A DNA stretch of 64,000 nt from a virus, in IMG/VR virus record IMGVR_UViG_3300043673_000021, positions 1 to 64,000 of that record. The stretch is one strand, 5' to 3'. A model generated the notes under the pieces. It was not told the origin of the DNA. It was given only the letters and a program-made list of their open reading frames with translations, and searched no databases. The translations under genes were made by a program, and so were the position numbers. Shown piece by piece: positions 1-9,300 of this stretch (the first letter of the stretch is position 1; every line of letters begins with the position of its first letter).

Positions 1-77
1 CAGAGGCTTCCGCTTGCCGGACCGGTCTGACCGTACATCATTGCGACGCTCAAGAGCGTCAGTATTAGTTTGTTCAT
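1..77 (-). CDS. Signal-peptide-bearing protein, truncated by the window edge (MNKLILTLLSVAMMYGQTGPASGSL...)
   Basis: Read by hand: ATG at 77 preceded by GAGGA; the N-terminus closely resembles that of 1201..1662 (MNKLLLLALLGVATLYGQ). Confidence 0.7.
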   Translation of the reverse strand, partial: MNKLILTLLSVAMMYGQTGPASGSL

Positions 78-94
78 TCGATTTCCTCGTGGGG

Positions 95-1213
95 TTAGAA
101 GATCACCGCTGGGACACCGTTATTACTAGCGATTGCGGTCAGCGAAGACATTGCAGGCGGGCTGTTCTGGTTGGTGTAATTTTGGAGTATCCAGTCACCG
201 GACCTAGCGACACTGGATACTCGCGCTTCGTCGTTGACAGAATTAGCAAACTCTGAAAAACCGTCATCCATGACGAAGAAATTGAAACTGCCATCGATAA
301 AATACCCTCGCGCGGTTGGACCTGCTACCAGCGCCCCATTGACGTAAGTAAGTTGATTTGTTCCGTCATAGGTGAATGCCACGTGATACCAGGTACCCGT
401 GGATATCGTTATGCTGGGCACTACTCCCTGCCCTGCGCAGCCTACGAGAAATGACGTATTGTGAGTCCATATAGCGACACCCGAACAGGTCACGCTTATG
501 TTTCCCCAAGACATACTTCCTCTGAAATTGCTATCTAATACAGTTGGATTGATCCATATTTCTCCCGTCATTGGGTTGTTTGCACTTGGGAAAGTACTGC
601 CGTTTACCGCACGGGTTCGGCATGGGTTTGGAGAATTGAGGGTTATCGCTCCATCTACTTTACCGGCAGTAGAGATGCAAGGGTGGCCGGAAACATTGTC
701 ATCTGTCATGTTATGAGCGTTGGCACTGAAATCTTGAAGACCTAGAGTGGTTCCGTCTGGAAAATGGTAGGCCGCAACCGTATTCGAATCCCACTCTGAT
801 CCCTGCGCGCCGCCTTGGTATGTACTGACGGCGGAATTTCCTACGCAGACCGTCGGCACAATCGCCGCTCCAGTTGTCAGCGTCATCTTTGCCCAGCCTT
901 TGATTATTCCGGTGCTGGCTCCCTCGTAATACTCAATTCCCCAACTGAAACCCGTTATCGTCGTGCATGTTGAGTCGGAAGTGAGGGCGAAGTCGGCAGG
1001 GACAGTGACACCGACGTGCGTGACAGTATTCTGAATCGCGCCGCCGTTGCCCACTGTTTTAAGCAGCGCGTTCGTCGCAGTGAAGGCACCCGTCCAGTTG
1101 GTCAACGTGGTCGATCCAGAAGCTGCTGGGAAGGTTACGGCCCCCTTGTACGCCCATCCGCCAAATACGGGGCCAGCCAGAGCGAGGAGCAATAGCAGCT
1201 TCACTTCGCGCAT
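95..1213 (-). CDS. Secreted LamG/concanavalin A-like lectin-domain protein with DUF2341-like N-terminal region
   Basis: Hydrophobic leader LLLLLALAGPVFG; LamG motifs 'GTWYHVAFTYDGTNQLTYVNG' and 'DEARVSSVARSGDWI..NY.NQ'. Confidence 0.75.
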   Translation of the reverse strand: MREVKLLLLLALAGPVFGGWAYKGAVTFPAASGSTTLTNWTGAFTATNALLKTVGNGGAIQNTVTHVGVTVPADFALTSDSTCTTITGFSWGIEYYEGASTGIIKGWAKMTLTTGAAIVPTVCVGNSAVSTYQGGAQGSEWDSNTVAAYHFPDGTTLGLQDFSANAHNMTDDNVSGHPCISTAGKVDGAITLNSPNPCRTRAVNGSTFPSANNPMTGEIWINPTVLDSNFRGSMSWGNISVTCSGVAIWTHNTSFLVGCAGQGVVPSITISTGTWYHVAFTYDGTNQLTYVNGALVAGPTARGYFIDGSFNFFVMDDGFSEFANSVNDEARVSSVARSGDWILQNYTNQNSPPAMSSLTAIASNNGVPAVIF

Positions 1214-1662
1214 CCTAGAGTGAATTCAACATGTCCAGCCGTTCCGCCATAAGCGAACAAGTTAACGCCGAACGTGTCATAGGCCGCGATTGCGGTGCCC
1301 GAAAGGTCGCTTAGCGTCGTGCTGTGAACTCTGGTTCCAGTGCTCAGACCGAACCCCGAAGTGCTGAGGGTTTGCGTAACAGTTGGGAGCACCGTCCCAC
1401 CATCCGCGATGCGCCAGAGTTTTACCGTCGCGGTCGAATCCGAAGAGATTACCCAGTCCGTAATCGCGCAGGCGTAAGGAACAGTTACGTACACGGTTGT
1501 CCCAGCAACAGCATTAGCCCCAACAAACATAACCGCGAAACCACCAGATCGCATACTGACACCGGATGATGGCGTGGATGTCTGCACGACGGTACTAGGT
1601 GCAGCACTCTGGCCGTACAGAGTCGCGACGCCCAAGAGCGCCAACAGCAAAAGTTTGTTCAT
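1201..1662 (-). CDS. Secreted beta-rich hypothetical protein
   Basis: Signal peptide MNKLLLLALLGVATLYG; T/S/G/V-rich mature part with two Cys; AAGGA RBS. Confidence 0.75.
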   Translation of the reverse strand: MNKLLLLALLGVATLYGQSAAPSTVVQTSTPSSGVSMRSGGFAVMFVGANAVAGTTVYVTVPYACAITDWVISSDSTATVKLWRIADGGTVLPTVTQTLSTSGFGLSTGTRVHSTTLSDLSGTAIAAYDTFGVNLFAYGGTAGHVEFTLGCAK

Positions 1663-1671
1663 GGTTTTCCT

Positions 1672-2277
1672 TTACCCCTTGTGGCGGAGTGCGGCCATTG
1701 AGATCAATTCGTGAAGGAGAAAGGCAAACGCGCCGATTAGCGCACTGATGACGACGCCAACCTTCTGCATCACCGTCCATCCGCCCGACGCCTTATTCTT
1801 GAAAGCGTCGCGTTCTTGCTCAATGACTTGCACTGATTTCTCAACCGTATCCACGCGCTCGTCAAGGGAGTCAAAGCGGTTGTCGACATTCTCTGGGCTC
1901 AGTTCGTCGTTCCCGATCTTTTCCTTGTCCATCCGGTCTAGGTCGATCTTCTGTTGCGCCCTGTACTCGGCTAATTCGAGTCTGGAACTCGCCCTCCCAT
2001 CGGCTATCGAGACCGTCAACCGCGCCTCAATCGCTTGGATCTCCAGCCGTGAAGCCTTATCTCCCTCAACGCGATCGACCTTGCGCGAGAGGTCTTCCAT
2101 CTGGGTTCGCATGTGAACCATATCCTGACGCAACCCGATTACGGTTTCGTTTACGCCGTTGATGGCTTGCAGGATCTCTACCTTGTCGTCCATGGGCATG
2201 CGGTTTGATCTTGCTGGCATTTGAGTGAGCCCCCTTGGCTCTGGGAAATCTAAGGCAATCTCTGCTGCCATAAACAC
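1672..2277 (-). CDS. Coiled-coil protein with C-terminal transmembrane helix (lysis-associated, holin- or spanin-like)
   Basis: Heptad-rich region followed by VGVVISALIGAFAFLL; directly downstream of the endolysin. Confidence 0.55.
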   Translation of the reverse strand: MFMAAEIALDFPEPRGLTQMPARSNRMPMDDKVEILQAINGVNETVIGLRQDMVHMRTQMEDLSRKVDRVEGDKASRLEIQAIEARLTVSIADGRASSRLELAEYRAQQKIDLDRMDKEKIGNDELSPENVDNRFDSLDERVDTVEKSVQVIEQERDAFKNKASGGWTVMQKVGVVISALIGAFAFLLHELISMAALRHKG

Positions 2278-2296
2278 TCCTGTTTTGGTTAGGCTG

Positions 2297-2884
2297 TCAG
2301 GAAACGATTGCGTTCGGCAATGCGCCGTCGCACAGGTTACTCGCCTCAGTTATGGCGTGTTGAATATTCTGCTGGTGGGCGATGGAAAGCAGTAGATCCG
2401 CGTACCCGCCACCTGTCGCATACCCGGCTTGCGCGATCCCGCGCAGTAGACCGTCCGCGTCTTTCGTTGCCTGATATTGCTTCCATGCTTGGCGATAGCG
2501 GGAGTTCCCTAGTATGAAAGCGATGTAGGCCGCCACTGATTCATCGAAGCTCGCATACTGGGCAAACCAGCAGGACATGTGATATCTAGTGATGCCATTG
2601 CCCAGCGGATCACAGCGGGTCACTGTGTTCCGCTCATCGTCGCGCATGGAATGAAAGCCAGCAGAGGCCATATCTTCCGTCGTCGGGCAGAGTTTCGCGG
2701 GCCCCTGCTCGGGGGCGCGCTTGATTCCCCAATAATTGAAGTCGCCAGTGACCTTCTGTCCCCACGAGGACTCAATGGCGAATTGGCTCAGGAGCACGAC
2801 CGGCGGATAGCCAGTTAGCTTCTCTGCCTTCACGGCCGCGATGGCCATTCCCCTTAAGTGTTCGTCTGTTTCGTAGGTATACAT
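2297..2884 (-). CDS. Endolysin, GH73 glucosaminidase (FlgJ-like)
   Basis: 'SQFAIESSWG' (catalytic Glu), 'NYWGIK', 'FAQYASFDES' and 'AGYAT' motifs. Confidence 0.85.
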   Translation of the reverse strand: MYTYETDEHLRGMAIAAVKAEKLTGYPPVVLLSQFAIESSWGQKVTGDFNYWGIKRAPEQGPAKLCPTTEDMASAGFHSMRDDERNTVTRCDPLGNGITRYHMSCWFAQYASFDESVAAYIAFILGNSRYRQAWKQYQATKDADGLLRGIAQAGYATGGGYADLLLSIAHQQNIQHAITEASNLCDGALPNAIVS

Positions 2885-2895
2885 GGGCTCTCACC

Positions 2896-3042
2896 TCAGA
2901 TATTGCCCCTGAGAAGCATGATGATCAAGACAATCAGGAGGATGGTTCCGAGGCTTATCCCACCGGTTCCGTAGGATGTTCCCCACTGATGGAAACCTAC
3001 TCCGCCAAACAAAAGGATGAGAATGATGATTAGCAGTAACAT
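2896..3042 (-). CDS. Small two-TM membrane protein, DUF3309-like (48 aa, MLLLIIILILLFGGVGFHQWGTSYGTGGISLGTILLIVLIIMLLRGNI); holin candidate
   Basis: Translated by hand (below the ORF-track size cutoff); AAGGGG RBS; immediately upstream of the endolysin. Confidence 0.75.
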   Translation of the reverse strand: MLLLIIILILLFGGVGFHQWGTSYGTGGISLGTILLIVLIIMLLRGNI

Positions 3043-3071
3043 GTTAACCCCTTTATTTTTTAATATCTACT

Positions 3072-3380
3072 TCAGAAGTCCCAGTCTGGAATCTCGACCG
3101 TGGTCCCCTTGAGCGAGTGCCAGCAGTCCTGAAGAAACTGAATCTTGCCATCGGTCACAAAGGAGTGGCAGCGGAATTCAGGGAAGCTGGCATTGCAGAG
3201 AATCGAAGGAGTGAACGTTGGCGCATCCATCGATCCGTTCCAGCCCCATACATGATCGCCGCCCTGCCCTGTGTTCGGTGCCGCGACGGAGATTCCATGC
3301 GAGCATTCACAGCCGGGGCAGAAAAAACAATACTGCGCGGGAAGCTTGTCACCGTTCATGCGGTGGAGCTTAATCCCCAT
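3072..3380 (-). CDS. DUF6527-like Cys/His metal-binding protein
   Basis: CPGC..H...W.WNG...PTFTPSI...CHSFVTDGKIQFL.DC.H pattern. Confidence 0.7.
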   Translation of the reverse strand: MGIKLHRMNGDKLPAQYCFFCPGCECSHGISVAAPNTGQGGDHVWGWNGSMDAPTFTPSILCNASFPEFRCHSFVTDGKIQFLQDCWHSLKGTTVEIPDWDF

Positions 3381-3382
3381 AT

Positions 3383-3652
3383 TCAGCGGATACCCTCTCC
3401 AAGAACAGGCTCACCGTTCTTGATATGCACCACGCGACCGTGTTCGATGCGGAAGAAAAACGTCCATTCTTGGCATGCGCGACACTCCGTCCAATAGCCC
3501 GAATCCGGGAAGGAGTTAGCGTAAGCGTTGTTGAATACCTGCACCGTTGCGCACTTCTCGCAAAACGCCAACGTAACTGGAGCTCCATGGATAGTACTAG
3601 GGGAGACTGAAGTCAGTTTGGGACGCGCACCAGTTGGAATTTCAATAATCAT
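3383..3652 (-). CDS. Zn-ribbon protein
   Basis: CEKC...CRAC; GGAGG RBS upstream. Confidence 0.6.
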   Translation of the reverse strand: MIIEIPTGARPKLTSVSPSTIHGAPVTLAFCEKCATVQVFNNAYANSFPDSGYWTECRACQEWTFFFRIEHGRVVHIKNGEPVLGEGIR

Positions 3653-3733
3653 ACTTTCCCTTTCCTCCAGACGCGACCGCCGGCAACCCCTTTTTGAATT
3701 TGGTTTAGGGCGGTCGGGTCCGAAGTCCCGCTG

Positions 3734-4009
3734 TTAGGCAGAAGCTGTGCTGCGAATGTGAGTAAGCGCGTCGGTGAGCCGTTGGCCGATTCCGCTCTCG
3801 ACCTTTCCGCCGAACATCCCGTGCCCGTGGACGGTCAATTCGCCACCGGCGTAGGAGAAATCGGCGCTCCAGTTGATGGGATGCGTGCCCTTGATATTGC
3901 CGTTCGTGGGCCCGATGTTGGATAGGGCGATCCCTTCGCTCGGGTTGAGGGTTTGGAGTGCGGTTTCGATCTGCTGGAACTCTGCAGGCGTCATTGGTAC
4001 TTGGATCAT
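3734..4009 (-). CDS. Hypothetical protein
   Basis: ATGA overlap with the upstream gene. Confidence 0.6.
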   Translation of the reverse strand: MIQVPMTPAEFQQIETALQTLNPSEGIALSNIGPTNGNIKGTHPINWSADFSYAGGELTVHGHGMFGGKVESGIGQRLTDALTHIRSTASA

Positions 4010-4200
4010 GGGATTTTGCGTCTCACTTTCTTTGAATGGTGAAATGGTCTTGCTACTGTCCGCCCGGTCGCACGCAGGCCGCGGATGATCAGCTTTGGGT
4101 GATCCGCTATTCCAACGACCACCGCGACGACACCCGCGAGAGAGGGCGGAGGGACGGCGGATAGCGGGAGAGCTAAGAGGAGGGCGAGGGCAAGCTTCAT
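4006..4200 (-). CDS. Small membrane or signal-peptide protein with a basic tail
   Basis: MKLALALLLALPLSA...; ATG at 4200 overlaps the upstream stop. Confidence 0.55.
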   Translation of the reverse strand: MKLALALLLALPLSAVPPPSLAGVVAVVVGIADHPKLIIRGLRATGRTVARPFHHSKKVRRKIP

Positions 4201-4490
4201 TCCGGCGGCCAAGCTTCCATCGTTGAGCCCAGACGCCTAGCCTCAGTTCGCCAGCGCTCCATCTCGACAGTCATATCTTCGCGTTGCTTTACGAGCCACT
4301 CAAGGGCTTGCTCTACACTGGCAGCGCCTTCACCTGCGGCTTGGCGTGCCACCTCCAGCAACTGCCGAGCCCAAGCCCGGGTTTCGATTTCAGCCGCGGC
4401 GCTAATTTCTCCGGTGTCCGGCGACACCGACACAAGGCCGGATTCACCATGACCGACCATTCGCGGAAAGTGAGAGATTTCATCTTTCAT
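4197..4490 (-). CDS. Hypothetical protein (MKDEISHF...)
   Basis: Probable start at 4490 coupled (ATGA) to the stop of 4487..4810; the longer track ORF overlaps the neighbouring gene. Confidence 0.55.
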   Translation of the reverse strand: MKDEISHFPRMVGHGESGLVSVSPDTGEISAAAEIETRAWARQLLEVARQAAGEGAASVEQALEWLVKQREDMTVEMERWRTEARRLGSTMEAWPPE

Positions 4491-4810
4491 GACTGCTTTT
4501 CCTCTGTTGTCTGAACGGTTTCCTTGACGAGTGCCGGCGGATTCTGCTGCAGGCTGGTGGTTTCCTTGGTGGTAACGGTGATGATCGCCGGGAGTGGGTG
4601 CTGTTTCAGGTAGGCGAAGAAAGGCGTCAATCCGCTGGCGACAAACGTGATTACCATCGCTATAAATAACGGGCGAGGATTGCTGAGGTTGAACTTCTCC
4701 GGATCGATCACAGAAACTGTAGCTCCAGTTGACAGCGCGGTGGACCCGCCGCCGATAAAGGCAGAGCCGAGCCCGTACAGCCATAGCCTCCACTCGTAGC
4801 GGGTCTTCAT
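4487..4810 (-). CDS. Putative holin (two TM segments)
   Basis: Two hydrophobic stretches and a charged C-terminus; lies in the lysis region. Confidence 0.5.
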   Translation of the reverse strand: MKTRYEWRLWLYGLGSAFIGGGSTALSTGATVSVIDPEKFNLSNPRPLFIAMVITFVASGLTPFFAYLKQHPLPAIITVTTKETTSLQQNPPALVKETVQTTEEKQS

Positions 4811-4818
4811 GGTGTAGG

Positions 4819-5181
4819 TTATGCCTTAGGTGCGGCGACCACCGCTGCGTTCGCCGGGCTGACCGCAGCTTTAACCGCCGGGATGATCGTCTTGATATCC
4901 GCGATCAACGAGGCGTCGAGGGTGATACTGAGTCCTCCGGAGTTCGCGGCAGAACCCGCATCTTCGATGGCCTTGATGACGGCTCCCAGCACTGCTTCGC
5001 TGGCTCGTTCGATATTGGCCAACTGCGGGCTAACAAGGCCGCTAATGGCCTCAATGGTGGGCGCGCTGGCCTCCACTTTCTGGAGCGCCGGGAGGATCTT
5101 GCTTTCGAGAAACGATCCGGATTTTTTTAGGTCGCTGATGGCGGTCGCGTAAACGTGTTCGAGGGTGAGGAGTAGGCTCAT
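4819..5181 (-). CDS. Ala-rich amphipathic hypothetical protein
   Basis: Coupled ORF with AAGGA RBS. Confidence 0.6.
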   Translation of the reverse strand: MSLLLTLEHVYATAISDLKKSGSFLESKILPALQKVEASAPTIEAISGLVSPQLANIERASEAVLGAVIKAIEDAGSAANSGGLSITLDASLIADIKTIIPAVKAAVSPANAAVVAAPKA

Positions 5182-5552
5182 TTGTTTTTTCCTTTGTTGT
5201 TAGAGGTTTTTGACGTCGTTTCCTTGGCCTGTAGTTGCTCGACAATCGGGTCTGCCCAAATGTGATCAACGGTAGTTAATTTAGGCCAAGAGTTGAGAAG
5301 TTCTTGCAGGGCGTTCGCGTCGGCGGATTCGAGTTCAACTGATCGCTCGCCGAAGTCGATAGTCGGGGCCATGTAGGTCCGCAATGTTTCGCTGACTTGC
5401 TGGACTTTAATCTGTGGGCTCTCCGCATCATCGAACCTCACGAGGTTTAGAACACGGAGAAAAGGTGCGGTGCGGCCGAGTGGACCCTCCTGCACAGATA
5501 GCAAATCGCTGAGTTTCAGGCGCTGGGTGAAGTTTAGTTCGATGGATATCAT
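5178..5552 (-). CDS. Hypothetical protein, possible tail-fibre assembly chaperone
   Basis: Position two genes downstream of the tail spike; size. Confidence 0.45.
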   Translation of the reverse strand: MISIELNFTQRLKLSDLLSVQEGPLGRTAPFLRVLNLVRFDDAESPQIKVQQVSETLRTYMAPTIDFGERSVELESADANALQELLNSWPKLTTVDHIWADPIVEQLQAKETTSKTSNNKGKNK

Positions 5553-5558
5553 GGCGTT

Positions 5559-6383
5559 TTAGTGATCCCAATAAGTTCGGTAGTCGTTGCCGCTGGCGTC
5601 AACCTCTGGCAGCGTGGTGCATAAAATCTGCATCTCCACATTTGTGTTGATCGCCGCTCCACCCGTGACAGGGCCAGCATTCAGCAGTAACGCATTGGTA
5701 GGATTGCCAGTGCTAGATATAGAACTGCTGCTGTAAATTGGCACTGGTTTTAGGGATGGCGATGTAGGATTGTAAACAGAACTGCCGCTGTACCATGGCA
5801 GGTAATTTGGTGGTTCGTAGTCTATTGTTCCGGGAGATCCTAGCAGCCTGTACTGATCGAATACGTTGGGTATTCCGGTAGGGTTTCCCCTGATGAATCC
5901 AATGTTTGTCAGTGACACCGATCCGGTCACGGGCACGTGAGTGATCAGCAAGTACTTCGTGTAGACGCTGTATATAATCCGCACCGTGGCATTGATCGCG
6001 TGGTTATTGAACAGGATGGCGTTAAAATGCGTGCTGTCTGTTACCGTTGCCTTGACTACCTCTTGCAAGGCCGGATTCTCCGCATCGATAAGTAGGAAGG
6101 TCGCGCCAAATGTAATGAGGTTATTCAAAAACTGAGTAGTCGGAACAAGAACATCTTGCGGCGAGCTCCCGCCGGTCACTGTAGCCAAGATTGGCATCGC
6201 AATGCCCGCTCCTCCTGGGTCAAGCGTCAGGGCAGCAGGTTCAATCCTCTGCACCCTTACAGAGCCGAATGCGCAAGGTCCCATGTTAACGGTGTTTATA
6301 ATAAGCGGTGAAGATGTTTCTCCAGTAAACGATGAGCTTGCGAGACCCCCAACACAACTTCGTATTGATAAAGTTTCTGCCAT
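5559..6383 (-). CDS. Putative minor tail or virion protein
   Basis: Beta-rich T/S/G composition; follows the tail spike. Confidence 0.55.
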   Translation of the reverse strand: MAETLSIRSCVGGLASSSFTGETSSPLIINTVNMGPCAFGSVRVQRIEPAALTLDPGGAGIAMPILATVTGGSSPQDVLVPTTQFLNNLITFGATFLLIDAENPALQEVVKATVTDSTHFNAILFNNHAINATVRIIYSVYTKYLLITHVPVTGSVSLTNIGFIRGNPTGIPNVFDQYRLLGSPGTIDYEPPNYLPWYSGSSVYNPTSPSLKPVPIYSSSSISSTGNPTNALLLNAGPVTGGAAINTNVEMQILCTTLPEVDASGNDYRTYWDH

Positions 6384-6395
6384 GTTTGTACCTTC

Positions 6396-9300
6396 CTAAG
6401 TTACTATTCCGCCAATCGCATTTAATGCTGTCGTGTTAGGCCCACCGAACGTAGTGGCTACAAAGAATGTCTGTGTTCTTCCAGGTGCTCCACCGTGGAT
6501 GTTATAGCCAGTTGCCTCAATGCCGGCAGTGAAAACCGCACCTGTTGATTGGATCTGCCCATTCACTTCAAGCGCTCGTGAAATAGGAACACCACCAATA
6601 CCAACAAGACCGCTTGCAGTTACGTATATTCTAGTAAGGTTGTTGGATCTAATTCCGAATGTATGCGCTGTGGCCGAGCCCATGAAGGCCATGTTATTGA
6701 AGTTATCGCATCCTGAATACGCGGTCATACTTCCAGCACTGTTTATTGCAACATAGTAAGCGTTGCCACCAGAGCCACTGGCAGAGTTACCGTGGATCTC
6801 AACCTTACTTCCAAGATCTAACAGTGGCGGAGCGGTGGGGTTAGCAATAAATACGCAGCCGCCAAACTCTCCACCACCATTAACCGCCACTGCATTGAAG
6901 GCGAAAGATGTAAGTTGTAGAGTATTGGCAAACACACCGCCGTTTGTGAAGATGGCGTTAAAGGCTGAAGATGAGGCATTGATCGACACAGCAGCGACGC
7001 CGCCAAACGGCAAACTAACTGCGTTGGATGCCAAGCTGTTAGATACAAATCCGTCGCCTGATTGTACAAACCCCTGTGCGCATGAGATGCTTGGCTGTCC
7101 AACGGAGCCGTTAACAGATATGAATCCCTGTTTCGTGAAGTAAATACCGCCAGGATTGTGAAAAGTATCGGCACTGAAGAACAGAGCACCTTCATTTGGG
7201 TTGCCAGATCCGATAGAAAATATTCTCGCAATGTGAGGATGGCCGGTCGATGACGTTGATGTGAAATCCAAGAACTGCGATCCACCGCCGACCACAGACG
7301 GTACAAGTCCTAATTTTATGCCGACTAGCGCAGAGAAGTCATCACAGTTTATTCCGTAGTCATAATAACCTGGATTACCTGATGTGGCGGCGATACGAAC
7401 ACCTGCGTTAGCATAACCCGGTGTTTCTGTGTACGGCGAGTTCGGCATGATCCATTTTGTCCCTGACCACCCTATGTTTCCAGGTTGCTGGAACGGCTGA
7501 CCAAATGCTGAATCTGTCAGCCATGCGATGTTGACATTGATACCCGCAAACGTTGTGAGGTGATGGGAGATATTAACGTCCATCTCAATACCGTTGCAAG
7601 TGCCAGCCACTCTGGTGGATGGGTTTTCGTTGATGTAATCACGAACAAGAAGGTTTGCGCCCCAGACTGCTGCGCCGGTAACCGCTGCAACAGCAAAGCC
7701 ACTTAGGGCCACTGAGCCAACGAAGCTACTACTTGCGGGTGCGTTATTAACCACCATCGCAACGAGCGCATCAGACTCCCAACTGGTAACACTAGATGGG
7801 GTTATCATGCCGAAGGTTCCGCCCGCTTCACGCACAGTAAAGGGGCCACCCGATGGATGGAAGAAATATTCCAGTGTCTGGGTGTTCGTGACCGTAGGCC
7901 CAACCAGTCCTACGACAGCAGACTGATCATGCACGCCGTCAAACGCACCGGCACAGAGCGACTGGAATGGCTGGAGCTTCGAAGAGCCACCGGTATAGGA
8001 GGATGAGCCAAGAGTCAGTTGCGGCGACACGCTTATGGGGCCAAGGTAATGCCCTGTGGAATCAATGATTACGCCGACTCCGTCAATCGAATAGGAGTGT
8101 CCGGTAAAGTTTCGCGAACTGTCGATGATGCCAGAACCGAGGATCGAATATGCCACGGAAGTCGTGGTCCCGTCGCCCGTTACGGCGAACAAGTCTGAGC
8201 CCGCGACGTTTAGCGTGAGTACGCGGGTTAGTGGGTTGGAATTTGCGACCTTTACCAGCAACCCATTCGCATTCGTGGCATTGTCAGTATTTTCCACGCC
8301 CCACATATAGCCAAGGGCGCTGTTCCGCCAGGTAATCCCCGAGCCGTGCGTTGTGCCAACCGGGGTCCCTTGGGCATCCAGGATGTTGGCTGCGCTATTG
8401 GTGAGCAGGTCCCATGACGTGCTGGGATTTCCCACGGTAACCGACCGACCGAATAGATTGGCCGAACTGTCGATCACGAGGGAGGGAGTGGCCCCGGAGA
8501 TAACAAGTGATGTTCCCGTAAATCCCCGGGCATTGCTGATAACCCCGTTGCTCCCGACCGAATAGGCTTGGGCGGTCGCAATCCCATCTGCGGTTACCGC
8601 GAATAGATCCGATCCGCCGGCATTTAGCGTCAGGAGCCTTGTCAGTGGATTTGTATTCGCTACTTTAACGATCAGGCCATTGGAGTTGGTGACGTTATTG
8701 GTGTTCTCGACTCCCCACATGTAGCCCGTCGCCGAGTTGCGCCACGTGACACCAAAGCCATGGGTAGTTCCGATCGGAGATCCTTGCGAGTCGATAACAT
8801 TTACCGCGCTGTTGCTGAGGAGATCCCACGGCGTGGATGTGGCAATACCGACCGCCCTAAAGATACCGTTACCCGCGTTGTCGATGATGAGATTCTGTGG
8901 AGCCCCTCCAGTGACCGCACCGTAGAGGGTGACCGAATTCCCGGTGAAGTTGCGGACGTTGTCGATCGCGCCGTTGCCAGAGATGGTGAGGGACGGAATC
9001 AGGGTTGTTCTATCGGTAAATTGCGCGACTAACGTACCCTGCTGCAACCCGCGATCGGTCCATGTGATACCGCCGTCCGTCGTTGTTCCTCCCGTGTGGT
9101 TGAACGTCGGCAGTGAGCCGCCCGAATTACCCGACGCCTCGGTGACGGTCTGAATGTGGCTCGCGCCGTCGAGAATCGACTGCCCAACCTGCCAAGCGAA
9201 GCTTCCCACCCAAGAGCCAAGTGGGACGTTTTTATATAAATTGGCGCTAGCGTCAGTGCCGCCCACTAGCGTGTGCTCAGTCTGGAGGACATGCTCGCAT

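Noticed and set aside
8100-8850. Tail-spike repeats as a DGR template/variable repeat pair or shufflon
   Set aside because: Both copies are in frame within the gene, differences are not adenine-specific, no reverse transcriptase is present in the window, and there are no inverted cassettes.
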